Source: Simkaniaceae bacterium
Lineage (GTDB): Bacteria; Chlamydiota; Chlamydiia; Chlamydiales; JAJFMI01
Length of the DNA stretch: 30,183 nt
Reading direction: 5' to 3'
Assembly: GCA_040880145.1 (NCBI GenBank)
Contig: JBBDIZ010000016.1
Span: forward strand, 1-30,183
This document shows positions 1-9,034 of the stretch, piece after piece. How positions within the stretch are numbered: position 1 is the first letter of the stretch; each line of letters opens with the position of its first letter. Both the position numbers and the translations under genes were made by a program. Under the pieces are notes generated by a model. The model was not told the origin of the DNA, made no database searches, and saw nothing but the letters and a program-made list of their open reading frames with translations.

Positions 1-12
1 TGCTGATTAGTA

Positions 13-116
13 TAGTGTCCATGCTAGTGAAAATGGCTCAAAAAAACACGAATCGAGCAAGGGCAAGGGCAAGGGCAGGGGCAGGGGCAGGGAATTGGGG
101 TTATGCAAGATGTCTA
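13..116 (+). repeat. Small dispersed element, copy A1 (104 bp): TAGTGTCCATGCTAGTG...(GGGCAR)n...GGAATTGGGGTTATGCAAGATGTCTA
   Basis: Near-identical to 9313-9430. It differs in A-run length (7 vs 9), hexamer number (GAGCAA + 5 GGGCAR vs 8 GGGCAR) and a couple of substitutions. Flanks are unrelated between copies, and the element begins and ends with TA. Confidence 0.92.
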
Positions 117-160
117 ATTTCTTTGGTCCTGATCTCTACCCTTAAAACCGCCTCCTTAAA

Positions 161-200
161 AAAGCCCTCCATGATAGAATCAAATTTTATGGAGGGCTTT
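161..200. promoter_or_regulatory. Stem-loop AAAGCCCTCCAT/ATGGAGGGCTTT overlapping the Shine-Dalgarno of the methyltransferase; possible terminator or translational control hairpin
   Basis: Perfect 12-bp inverted repeat (161-172 / 189-200). The 3' arm contains GGAGGG, 7 nt before ATG 204, and an A-run lies at 158-163. Confidence 0.6.
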
Positions 201-203
201 ATC

Positions 204-818
204 ATGGATTTTGATTATCAAACAGAATTAGAGAAGTATACCCGAATTTGGGAAATGAGCGAGTACCGTCTCTTTTCTCCTGGAGCAACTCTCTCTCGCA
301 TTTTCTTCTCTCACTTTAAAAACGAATTAAAACCTTTTGATCGTATTATTGACTTTGGATGCGGTACAGCTCGTATTGCAACACAATTTTTACAAAAAAA
401 ACTCATCGTAGACCTTATCGATATTGCTCCCAATTGTTTAGACGAAGAGATTCAAAATCTCATGATGTTTGCTCCTATTCAATTTTATCAAAACACCCTT
501 TGGCAGCTTCCTGAATCACTGGAAGCTGCCGATTGGATTTACTCTGCTGATGTTTTAGAACATATCCCAGAAAACAAAGTGGAAAAATCATTAAAAGAAA
601 TGGCAAAAAAAACAAAAAAAGGGGGTATGCTTCAAATTTTCCTTGAAAAGGAAAAATTCAAAACCGGTATCGATTGCGACCTTCATTTAACCGTAAAACC
701 GAGACAATGGTGGATTGAAAAAATCGAAAAGTACTGGAATATTCTTTCCATTTCTCCAGAAAAAGCCAGTCGTTTTCGATTTATTGCATTAGTGGGAGCT
801 CCTCATGAAACTAATTGA
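204..818 (+). CDS. Class I SAM-dependent methyltransferase
   Basis: Motif I IIDFGCGTA, acidic motif LIDIA, DWIYSADVLEHIP. Start moved from the ORF-track 15 to ATG 204 (GGAGGG RBS), because the upstream extension runs through the repeat element. Confidence 0.85.
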   Translation: MDFDYQTELEKYTRIWEMSEYRLFSPGATLSRIFFSHFKNELKPFDRIIDFGCGTARIATQFLQKKLIVDLIDIAPNCLDEEIQNLMMFAPIQFYQNTLWQLPESLEAADWIYSADVLEHIPENKVEKSLKEMAKKTKKGGMLQIFLEKEKFKTGIDCDLHLTVKPRQWWIEKIEKYWNILSISPEKASRFRFIALVGAPHETN

Positions 819-1671
819 GATTGAAAATTGGACAGAAAAAAATGAGCGCCTTTCAGCGGTCTTTACTCCTGATAAAGGAATGAATATGATCAGCTTTAAA
901 AAAGGAAGCGTTCAGGTCATCGACCAAAAAACGAAACCCCTTTTCGAGGAGAGGGCTGCAGGCCTTGGCGCTCTTATTGGCCCTCATTTTCATCACCGAA
1001 AACCTTTTGAAATCAATACCTGTTTTGATGAAAGAATCTTCCCGCATATTCAAGGGTTAAGAAAGAAAAAGATTTTAGAACCTTTTTCCCATGGAATAGC
1101 CCGTTACGTCCCTTGGCGATATGACCATTCAAGCACTCAAATAGAGGCAAAACTCTCCTCGACTGACCTCTATCACAATACTCTAATCTCAATACTTGAG
1201 GGTTTTGAATTTGAGATGCGCCTCATCGTCCGCATGCTGCCAACGGGTCTCTATTTTCGCTACGACATCACTTCTGAAAAACCCTCATGTATCGGATTTC
1301 ATACCTATTATCACCTTCCAAAAGAAGGCGGAAGCATCACCTCTGAGGTGTCGGGTACTTACCGAGATCAATCGACACTTAAGCCTCTAAAAAACGATTG
1401 GGTTCAAAATGATCAGCTCTACTTTACTCTCCCCCAAAAAGCAGATTTTGGCTTCTACCCAATGGATCCAATAGATTCAAATCGTATTCTCTATAAAAAT
1501 CGAGATTTCTCCCTCCATCTTTTTTATGAATGCTCCTCTTGCGATCATAGCTTTCAAATCTATCATCCAGATGGGGCCGGCTTTGTTTGTATCGAGCCTC
1601 TTTCATCAAAAAACCCACAAAAACCGGAAAGATGTGACAATCGACTTGAGCTCAAATTAGAAATATATTAA
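805..1671 (+). CDS. Aldose 1-epimerase / galactose mutarotase-like protein
   Basis: HGIARYVPW, GFHTYY and FVCIEP motifs typical of the aldose epimerase superfamily; overlaps the upstream gene (operon). Confidence 0.75.
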   Translation: MKLIEIENWTEKNERLSAVFTPDKGMNMISFKKGSVQVIDQKTKPLFEERAAGLGALIGPHFHHRKPFEINTCFDERIFPHIQGLRKKKILEPFSHGIARYVPWRYDHSSTQIEAKLSSTDLYHNTLISILEGFEFEMRLIVRMLPTGLYFRYDITSEKPSCIGFHTYYHLPKEGGSITSEVSGTYRDQSTLKPLKNDWVQNDQLYFTLPQKADFGFYPMDPIDSNRILYKNRDFSLHLFYECSSCDHSFQIYHPDGAGFVCIEPLSSKNPQKPERCDNRLELKLEIY

Positions 1672-1681
1672 TAAAAAGCTT

Positions 1682-3286
1682 ATGGGAAAAAAGCAAATCG
1701 TCATATTAGGAGGTGGTTTCGGTGGAATTTACACCGCGATGCATCTTGAAAAGCTTTATAAAAAAAATCCCGACGTCGAAATTTCTCTTGTCAATCGTGA
1801 AAATTACTTTGTCTATCAACCCATGCTAGCTGAAGTGGTCGGAGGATCTATAGGAATTTTAGACACGGTGAGCTCAATTCGCAAACTCCTTCCCAAAACA
1901 CTCCTTTACATTCGAGAAATTGATGCGATCAATTTAGAGGGTAAAAAAATTATTCTAGCTCCTCAATTCAGCCATAAGCCCCTTGAGCTATCTTATGATT
2001 ACCTCGTTTTATCCCTTGGAAATGTCACTGACTTTCGTGGTATGACAGGGCTTCATGAACATGCTCTTCCTTTTAAAAATCTAGCAGATGCCATTGCCAT
2101 ACGGAATCGAGTTATCGACGCTATTGAAGCGGCTAGCATTGAAAAGGATCAGGATCTAAAAAAGGAACTTTTGACTTTTGTTGTAGGCGGGGGCGGTTTC
2201 TCAGGAACTGAGGTCGTTGCCGAAATTAATGACTTTGCGAGATCCTTGGCAAAAAAATATCCAAGCATCGATCGAAAGGAGTTAAGAGTCGTACTCATCC
2301 ATAGCAAAGAAAGACTTATGGATCGAGAGCTTTCAGAAAGTCTTGGAAATTATGCAGGACGCCTCCTCGAAAAACGAGGAGTTGAAATTCATTTTAACGA
2401 GCATTTAGTCTCTGCAACGCCACAAGAAGCTTTTCTAGAAAGCGGCCTTTCCATCGGAACAAAGACCATCATCTCAACGGTTCCCTCTTCTCCAAACCCA
2501 TTGATCGAATCGTTAAAGCTCCCTTCTGAAAAGGGCCGAATTAAAACAGATCTCACTTTCCAGGTAGAAGGCAGTAATCATATATGGGCACTTGGAGATT
2601 GTGCATTAATTCCCCATCCAAGTGGTAAGGGATTCTGCCCTCCTACTGCTCAATTTGCCCTTCGTCAGGGAAAGGTGTTAGCTGAAAATATTCAAGCTCG
2701 GATCAAAGACAAGCCTTCTAAAGATTTTGGATTTAAGGGGCTTGGTATGATGGGGGCTCTCGGACATCATTCCGCAGTTGCCGAACTCTTTGGCAAGATC
2801 AAATTTTCCGGTTTTCTTGCCTGGTTTCTCTGGAGGGCCATTTACTGGATCAAACTTCCAGGCTTAGATAGAAAGATAAAAGTGGCTCTATCATGGATGT
2901 TAGATACCCTTTTTCCTCCCGAAGCTGTCCAGCTGAAAATTGCTCCTTCCCAAGGAATTGTACCCCTTCATTTTGAAAAAGACGAAATTATTTTCCATGA
3001 AGGTGATATCGGGGATTATCTCTATATCTTAGTCAATGGCGAGGTTGATATTCTTAAAAGAAAAGGCGATGGGCAAGAAAAACTAGCCTCTTTACAAAAA
3101 GGTGAATACTTTGGCGAGATGGCCCTTTTAAACCAGCGCTCTCGTACAGCTACAGTCAAGTGCACCTCTCCTGTTGATGTTTTGGCTCTTAAAAAAAATG
3201 ATTTTGGACTTCTTGTTGCTAATTTTCAAGAGCTTCGCAATCAAATACATGAAACAGAGCAAACTCGGGCAAGAAAACTTAATTAA
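1682..3286 (+). CDS. Type II NADH dehydrogenase-like FAD-dependent oxidoreductase with C-terminal cyclic-nucleotide-binding domain
   Basis: GGGFGG FAD motif, YQPML, FVVGGGGFSGTE second dinucleotide motif, WALGDCA, PPTAQFALRQG, G-x-M-x-x-LG and SGFLAWFLWRAIY. C-terminal IIFHEGDIGDYLYIL...FGEMALL...RTATV. Confidence 0.88.
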   Translation: MGKKQIVILGGGFGGIYTAMHLEKLYKKNPDVEISLVNRENYFVYQPMLAEVVGGSIGILDTVSSIRKLLPKTLLYIREIDAINLEGKKIILAPQFSHKPLELSYDYLVLSLGNVTDFRGMTGLHEHALPFKNLADAIAIRNRVIDAIEAASIEKDQDLKKELLTFVVGGGGFSGTEVVAEINDFARSLAKKYPSIDRKELRVVLIHSKERLMDRELSESLGNYAGRLLEKRGVEIHFNEHLVSATPQEAFLESGLSIGTKTIISTVPSSPNPLIESLKLPSEKGRIKTDLTFQVEGSNHIWALGDCALIPHPSGKGFCPPTAQFALRQGKVLAENIQARIKDKPSKDFGFKGLGMMGALGHHSAVAELFGKIKFSGFLAWFLWRAIYWIKLPGLDRKIKVALSWMLDTLFPPEAVQLKIAPSQGIVPLHFEKDEIIFHEGDIGDYLYILVNGEVDILKRKGDGQEKLASLQKGEYFGEMALLNQRSRTATVKCTSPVDVLALKKNDFGLLVANFQELRNQIHETEQTRARKLN

Positions 3287-4142
3287 CTTTCGACTGACCT
3301 TTTAACGTTGCAAAAGACCCAACAAAGATCAGAGCAATGCCTACAATACTGACGTAGTCAAGATATTGCCCTGTCATCATCCAATCAAAAATCGCCGCAA
3401 AAACTACCGTAGAATAAAGAACAGACCCAACTTTGTAGGTTTTCGCATATTGATAGGCTCTTGTTAACATCATCTGATAGAGCATCCCGACGATTCCAAC
3501 TAAACAGAGCAGGCCAAATTGATTAAGTGTAAAGGGGGTCCATGTCGTTACAAGGGGCAAGACGGTAATCGGCAGGGACAAGAGAAGATAAAAAAGAAGA
3601 ATTTTATCTGAAGACTCAACTTTAGTTAACCGCCGGATGGCTGTAAAAGCTACTGCACCAAAAAGACCTGCCGCTAAACCAATTAAAGATGCAAGGTTAA
3701 AAACTTTTTCCGAGGGTTTTAAGATAAGAATAACTCCCAAGAATCCTGTACATAACCCTATCCACACATTTTTATTCCATCTCTTGTCCAACCAAAAATA
3801 AGCAACCAACGGCAAAAATAAAGGGCGTGTGTAGCTAAGCAGCAAAGCATCGACAAGAGGAAGATATTCAATTGCATAAAAAAGACAATACGTTGCCGAA
3901 ATGCTCGAGAAGGCTCTTAATAAATGAAGAGAAAAATGGTTGGTTTTAAATTTTGCTTTCGGCTTTTTTCCAATCAGAAAAAATGGAAAAAAAAGGGCTG
4001 CACTAATTAACTGCCGAAAGAAAACTACCACTTCATTTGGAAAAGTCTGCTCTGCAATCTTCACCAACACTCCCATAATCGAATAAAAAAGAGCTGCAAA
4101 AAGAGCAAAGATAATCGCAAGTTTTGTGTTGTCATGGCTCAT
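3279..4142 (-). CDS. DMT/EamA family drug-metabolite transporter
   Basis: About 10 hydrophobic segments in two repeats, VVFFR, GFLGVILILKP, 287 aa. Confidence 0.88.
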   Translation of the reverse strand: MSHDNTKLAIIFALFAALFYSIMGVLVKIAEQTFPNEVVVFFRQLISAALFFPFFLIGKKPKAKFKTNHFSLHLLRAFSSISATYCLFYAIEYLPLVDALLLSYTRPLFLPLVAYFWLDKRWNKNVWIGLCTGFLGVILILKPSEKVFNLASLIGLAAGLFGAVAFTAIRRLTKVESSDKILLFYLLLSLPITVLPLVTTWTPFTLNQFGLLCLVGIVGMLYQMMLTRAYQYAKTYKVGSVLYSTVVFAAIFDWMMTGQYLDYVSIVGIALIFVGSFATLKGQSKVN

Positions 4143-4210
4143 AGTTCATGTTTAGAAGAATTCGTTGTTAAAAACAAGTGTATAGGGAAGAGCTGTTCGA
4201 GTATAATCCG

Positions 4211-5305
4211 TTAGTTTGAATTCTTCAGACTAATCCCATCCGGAATATGAAGAGTCGATGTTGGAAAGGCGCATTCAGCCCCTTGCATTGTAATGATATC
4301 CATTACTTTTAGAAAGACATCTTGCTGAATTTCTTGAAAACGAAGCCAATTTGTTGTTTTTGTAAAGGTATAGAGCATAAAAATAAGAGAAGAAGGTCCA
4401 AACTCAATAAGGTTTACAATTGTAATTTTATCTTGAGCAATTTCAGGGTGATTCGCAAGCATCTCCTTGACTTCATCCATAATCACTTTTATTTTTAAAG
4501 CGTCGCAGTAGCGCACTCCAATATTTGTTTTGATTCGTCGATTGGACATGCGTGAGGGATTTTCAATCGAGATCGTAGAAAATAAAGAATTAGGAACAAA
4601 TAAAGGTCGTTTATCAAATGTCCGAATGCGTGTCGTTCTCCACCCAATATGCTCAACAGTCCCCTCCATTTCGCGATCAGGAGAACGAATCCAATCCCCT
4701 ATCGAAAAGGGTCGATCGAGAAAAACCATCAAACCTCCAAAGAAATTTGCTAGCAAGTCTTTTGCAGCAAAACCGACTGCGATACCCCCAATTCCCCCAA
4801 ACGCCACAACACCGGATACGGGGATGCCAATGGCCTGCAATGCAATTACTATAGAGGTAATGATAACGGAAACACGAAGAAGTTTTCCAATTGCTCTTAC
4901 CGTTGTCTCATCAAGTCGATTTTTATCACGTCTTTGAAGTGAAAGAAGATTATCTTCCACACCCTTTGTGAAAGAGGCCAAAAACCAAACAAGAACGATG
5001 ACGCCTCCAATGATACGGATAGACGGAACAGCCTTAATTAGGGTTTCTTCATTCGTAATATCCCCAAGAATATCAACAATAAATGCAAAAGCCAAAAGCC
5101 AAATTAGTATTTTAAACGGCTTGTAAAGAGCCGCAACAAGCGCCTCTTCCCATATTTTGTGATGTTTTTTTAAATTAGGAAGAATACGACGAAAGACTCT
5201 AGAAGCTATAAAGTTGGTAAGAAGAGCAAAAAAAATTATTAAAAAAACTTTAAAGGCCCAAGCATAAGTGCCAAATTGATTGGTTACGGCTTCTAATTGC
5301 TCCAT
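4211..5305 (-). CDS. Small-conductance mechanosensitive channel, MscS family (YnaI-like)
   Basis: GGIGGIAVGFAAKDLLANFFGG, DRPFSIGDWI, EGTVEHIGWRTTRIRTFDKRPLFVPNS, AFPT. Confidence 0.92.
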   Translation of the reverse strand: MEQLEAVTNQFGTYAWAFKVFLIIFFALLTNFIASRVFRRILPNLKKHHKIWEEALVAALYKPFKILIWLLAFAFIVDILGDITNEETLIKAVPSIRIIGGVIVLVWFLASFTKGVEDNLLSLQRRDKNRLDETTVRAIGKLLRVSVIITSIVIALQAIGIPVSGVVAFGGIGGIAVGFAAKDLLANFFGGLMVFLDRPFSIGDWIRSPDREMEGTVEHIGWRTTRIRTFDKRPLFVPNSLFSTISIENPSRMSNRRIKTNIGVRYCDALKIKVIMDEVKEMLANHPEIAQDKITIVNLIEFGPSSLIFMLYTFTKTTNWLRFQEIQQDVFLKVMDIITMQGAECAFPTSTLHIPDGISLKNSN

Positions 5306-6792
5306 TAAACGACCTCATTGGATAAAGAAGAAAATTCTTTATTAAGACCTCTAACGGCCACAAGCCAACCAATCACAACAATGAAAATGATCGGGGTAAT
5401 AATTCCAGTTACATTTAATATCGATCCGGCTCCAACAAGATCGATCAGCCCGGCTTGAAGCCATGCAGATCCAGACTTTCCAAGTCTGGATCCTACAACA
5501 TCAATAGCCGCTTTTCCCTTAACTTTCGACTCAGGGTCTAAGGGGATAAAGGCCATTTCTTTTGTCGGATCAAAAAGCGAATATTTCATAGTTTTACTTG
5601 CAATGTTCTGAATGGTCCCAAGAAGAACAATCAAAAACAGAGGCGTCAAACCAAAAAGAGCAGTCAAAGGAGTTAAATGCGAGCGAAACATATAGGCAAA
5701 AAGAAATAAAAGCCCCGTTAAACCTACAATGATGGGCGTTAAGGAGGCGGAGGCGTACCAGCCGAATCGCCTTAAAATATTTCCGCTAAAGAAAACCGCC
5801 ATAATGAGAGGAAAAAATCCGATACAAAACGAAAATTTTCCCATAAATGCCTGATACTGACTCGGATCCGGGTACTGCATTTTGAGATTTGCTTTCCAGG
5901 TCACCTCAACTAAATTCAGGGCCAATCCATATCCGACAACCATAAGCGCGATGCAGCCTAAATACTTGGAAGAGCAAATGAATTTTAAACTTTCCTTAAT
6001 CGAAAGTTTTGGTTTTTCTTTCTTCAAGTTCGCTTGTTCTTCGAGGGAATAAAACCGCGGATCCGTCAAAACATAGCGCGCCATCCACCAAAAAACCCCC
6101 ATAACCAAAAATCCGATAAGGGTCGCTAAACTCATGACTTGCTTTACCGTTGAAATAAAATCATGATCTGTTGCAATCCAAGCGATTAAAGCGCCTCCAA
6201 TCATTGGGGCAAAGTCGCCGGCAGCTGTAAATAATGTGTAGTAACGCTTCGCTTCCTTCATTTTTGTGATATTGTTGGCAAACGTCCAGAAAAGGAGCAT
6301 GATGACCACTTGTCCCCAGAGCTCGGCCGTTACAAAAAAGAGAGAATTCATCCAATAACGAATCACTGCAACCCAATGAAGCTTTGTCGGCCCTAAAACC
6401 CCCTCCAGCCAACTACAAAGTGTCGAAGGAGTAAAAAATTCACTATATGGATAGAGCACAAATCCAAAAAGAGGAAAAAATAACAAAAAAGGCAGTAAAC
6501 AAGAGTAGATTAGTTTTGAATGAGAGAGCCGGTTGCTCAGTTTTGTATAAATAAGGAGAACTAAAAAGGCACAAGGCAGGACGATATACCCTTTTAGTAG
6601 AGGGATAACCTCAGCACTTGACCCTGCAGAGGTCACAACAAGTGTATCTTTAGTTGTATAAAGTAAAATAAAATTGAAAGAGACCAGGAATTTGAGAAAA
6701 AGAAGAGGGACGAATTTTTTTAATTCATAACGATGAATCGGCCAGAGGCGCTGCCTCCACTTGCTAAAAGATGGATCAGTTGATTCGCTCAT
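5305..6792 (-). CDS. ntt: Nucleotide transport protein (NTT/TLC ATP/ADP translocase family)
   Basis: WPIHRYELKKF, TKDTLVV, AELWG, FWTFANNIT, EAKRYY, NLVEVTWK, KYSLFDPTKEMAFIPLDPESKVKGKAAIDVVGSRLGKSG. The stop overlaps the mscS start (TAATG). Confidence 0.93.
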   Translation of the reverse strand: MSESTDPSFSKWRQRLWPIHRYELKKFVPLLFLKFLVSFNFILLYTTKDTLVVTSAGSSAEVIPLLKGYIVLPCAFLVLLIYTKLSNRLSHSKLIYSCLLPFLLFFPLFGFVLYPYSEFFTPSTLCSWLEGVLGPTKLHWVAVIRYWMNSLFFVTAELWGQVVIMLLFWTFANNITKMKEAKRYYTLFTAAGDFAPMIGGALIAWIATDHDFISTVKQVMSLATLIGFLVMGVFWWMARYVLTDPRFYSLEEQANLKKEKPKLSIKESLKFICSSKYLGCIALMVVGYGLALNLVEVTWKANLKMQYPDPSQYQAFMGKFSFCIGFFPLIMAVFFSGNILRRFGWYASASLTPIIVGLTGLLFLFAYMFRSHLTPLTALFGLTPLFLIVLLGTIQNIASKTMKYSLFDPTKEMAFIPLDPESKVKGKAAIDVVGSRLGKSGSAWLQAGLIDLVGAGSILNVTGIITPIIFIVVIGWLVAVRGLNKEFSSLSNEVV

Positions 6793-6873
6793 GTCCCCTA
6801 AATCTATTCTTTTTTTTCATACTGGAATTAAGAATAGCGTAAGAAATGCATTATTGTAAAGGTTAATCAGCTG

Positions 6874-6909
6874 TATACCGAAACCGATTCTTGAAGTCGT
6901 TTCAGTGTA
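6874..6909. repeat. Internally deleted, degenerate copy of the 18568-18648 palindromic element
   Basis: Left end TATACCGAAAC is identical. 6884-6909 CCGATTCTTGAAGTCGTTTCAGTGTA matches the right arm CCAATTCTTAAAGTTGTTTCGGTATA at 21/26, with all mismatches transitions. Confidence 0.7.
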
Positions 6910-6919
6910 AGATAAATCT

Positions 6920-6947
6920 TTAACAAAAATTTGCATTTCTCTATAAT
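6920..6947 (+). promoter_or_regulatory. Putative sigma66/sigma70 promoter TTAACA-N16-TATAAT for tfoX-ychJ
   Basis: Consensus -10 about 29 nt upstream of ATG 6976; weaker -35. Confidence 0.4.
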
Positions 6948-6975
6948 ATTTAGAGATATCTTAAATGGAGTCATT

Positions 6976-7329
6976 ATGTCTAAATGGAAAAAATCGTCGG
7001 AAGAATTAAAAGAAAAATTTATTTCAACTCTTCTAAAATACTCTGGTGTCGATCATAAAAAAATGTTTGGGTATCCCTGCTGCTTCCTTAGAGGAAATAT
7101 GTTCACAGGCCTTCATGAAGAAAATTGGGTATTGCGCCTTTCTGAAAATGACCGCGAACTGATGACTTCAAAATATGAGGCTTCAATTTTTGCCCCTATG
7201 AAGGGAAGGGTCATGAAAGAGTACCGTATCGTACCCCTTTCTATCTTAGATTCTGAAAAACTTTTAAATGAATGGATTAATCGATCGATCCAATATGTAA
7301 CGACCCTTCCTGAAAAGGTGAAAAAGTGA
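6976..7329 (+). CDS. TfoX/Sxy N-terminal domain protein
   Basis: KKMFGYPCCFLRGNMFTGL...GRVMKEYRIVP...LNEWINRS...LPEK. Start set at ATG 6976 (GGAG RBS). Confidence 0.8.
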   Translation: MSKWKKSSEELKEKFISTLLKYSGVDHKKMFGYPCCFLRGNMFTGLHEENWVLRLSENDRELMTSKYEASIFAPMKGRVMKEYRIVPLSILDSEKLLNEWINRSIQYVTTLPEKVKK

Positions 7330-7727
7330 AACGCTGCCCTTGTCAGAGCAATAAATATTATAAAGATTGCTGCCAGCCTTATCATAACGGTCAAAAAAAT
7401 CCCCGGCATGCGCAAGATTTGATGCGCTCTCGTTACTGCGCCTATGCTCTAAATCTTTCTAAGTATATCATCGATACCACTCATGAAGAAAATCCTTATT
7501 ACCATAAAAATCTCAATAAATGGATAGAAGAAATTGCAGATTTCAGCCAAAACTCTCAATTTTTAGATCTGAAAATTTTAGAAATTAATGAGGGGGATAC
7601 TGAAGCATTTGTTACTTTTAAGGCAATTATCCACCAAAATAATCGCGATGTTAGCTTCACTGAAAAAAGCCGGTTCCTAAAGTGTAAAGGCAGATGGCTT
7701 TACAGAAGTGGTGAAATTTTAGTTTAA
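7326..7727 (+). CDS. ychJ: YchJ (UPF0225) family protein with N-terminal SEC-C-like motif
   Basis: CPCQS..Y..CCQPYH, LMRSRYCAY, VTFKA, EKSRF...WLY. Confidence 0.88.
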   Translation: MKRCPCQSNKYYKDCCQPYHNGQKNPRHAQDLMRSRYCAYALNLSKYIIDTTHEENPYYHKNLNKWIEEIADFSQNSQFLDLKILEINEGDTEAFVTFKAIIHQNNRDVSFTEKSRFLKCKGRWLYRSGEILV

Positions 7728-7759
7728 CTAATTTCTCATTTTATGCTAACGAGTAGTAT

Positions 7760-9034
7760 ATGGAAAAAAAACGTTGTATTATACGCTGGCTCATTTGGTC
7801 TTTCGCTGTTCTCTTCTATCTATATGAATATATTCTAAGGGTTGTGCCTTCCGTAATGGTGGGTGACTTGATGAGTTCTTTTAGCGTAACGGCAGGTCAG
7901 CTGGGGCTTCTCTCGGCTTTTTATCTTTACGCATATGCTCCTATGCAAATTCCTGTTGGAATCCTAATGGATCGCTATGGAGCTCGAAGGCTTTTAACCT
8001 TTGCCGCTACTGTTTGTGGAATAGGCTCATTTATTTTCGGTTTCTCCTCTATCCTTTCTTATGCTGCATTTGGTCGTTTATTAATGGGAACGGGGTCTGC
8101 CTTTGCATTCGTAGGCGTTGTCTATATTTGCTCTCATTGGTTTGAGTCAAAAAAACTTGCTCTTCTAGTCGGTCTAGCCAATTCCTTTGGGATGGTTGGT
8201 GCTTTTTGCGGTCAAGGCCCTATTAGCTATATTGTCGATCGATTCGGCTGGCGTGAAACCTCAATCTACTTAGGGGTTTTAGGGTTCATCATCGCCTTTA
8301 TTATTTATCTCGTTATGCGTAATGAGCCAAAAAGAAGTAAAAAAGAAATAAAAGCAGATAAGAAAAACGAGCTCTCAACCTTTCAAAAGATCAAAGTCGT
8401 CAGTCGCAATCCAAGAACATGGATTAACAGCTTAATTGCACTCTCTTTTTACGCAACAACCGTTGCCTTTGCAGGGCTTTGGGCTGTACCTTTTTTAATG
8501 AAAAAATATGAGCTTTCTAAAGATGTTGCAGGTTTTGGAAGTTCAATGATTTTTCTAGGCTGGATCATTGGAGGGCCTATCATTGGCCATTTCTCAGATA
8601 AAGCGAAGAAACGCAAACCCATGCTTTTTTTATTTGCTCTATTTTGCTTAGGGGCCATGTTAGGTCTTATTTATTTTGTTAATATACCTGTCTGGTTTGT
8701 CTATTTCCTCCTATTTAGTATTGGATTCTGCCAGTCTGCAGAACTTCTTTGCTACTGCCTTGCTGTTGAGCTAAATCCTCAAGAAGCTAAAGGGACCTCT
8801 ATCGCACTTACAAACTTTATGGTCTTCCTTGCCGGATCAATTATCCAACCACTCGTCGGCTATTTACTCGACCTAAATTGGAATGGAGCGAAATTAAATG
8901 GCGAACCTCTCTATTCCATCCATGATTTTCAAATTGCGATGCTCATCTTCCCTATAACATTAGCGCTTGCAGCAATCTTCACACTTTTCCTTAAGGAAAA
9001 GCGGCACCACGAGTATGTTGAATCACAATATTAG
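7760..9034 (+). CDS. Major facilitator superfamily transporter (12 TM)
   Basis: MFS motif A GILMDRYGARRLL, second-half GHFSDKAKKRKP, 424 aa. The stop TAG is the first 3 nt of repeat copy B. Confidence 0.9.
   Translation: MEKKRCIIRWLIWSFAVLFYLYEYILRVVPSVMVGDLMSSFSVTAGQLGLLSAFYLYAYAPMQIPVGILMDRYGARRLLTFAATVCGIGSFIFGFSSILSYAAFGRLLMGTGSAFAFVGVVYICSHWFESKKLALLVGLANSFGMVGAFCGQGPISYIVDRFGWRETSIYLGVLGFIIAFIIYLVMRNEPKRSKKEIKADKKNELSTFQKIKVVSRNPRTWINSLIALSFYATTVAFAGLWAVPFLMKKYELSKDVAGFGSSMIFLGWIIGGPIIGHFSDKAKKRKPMLFLFALFCLGAMLGLIYFVNIPVWFVYFLLFSIGFCQSAELLCYCLAVELNPQEAKGTSIALTNFMVFLAGSIIQPLVGYLLDLNWNGAKLNGEPLYSIHDFQIAMLIFPITLALAAIFTLFLKEKRHHEYVESQY

Noticed and set aside
15..203. N-terminal extension of the 267-aa ORF (RARARARAGAGAG)
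   Set aside because: It is a translation of the repeat element; a good RBS and ATG exist at 191-206.
4530..4937. Antisense and alternative-frame ORFs inside mscS (and similar ones within ntt, mfd, alaS, tkt, pkn5, cdsN, cdsF, cdsD)
   Set aside because: Shadow ORFs fully overlapping well-supported conserved genes, with no recognisable motifs.
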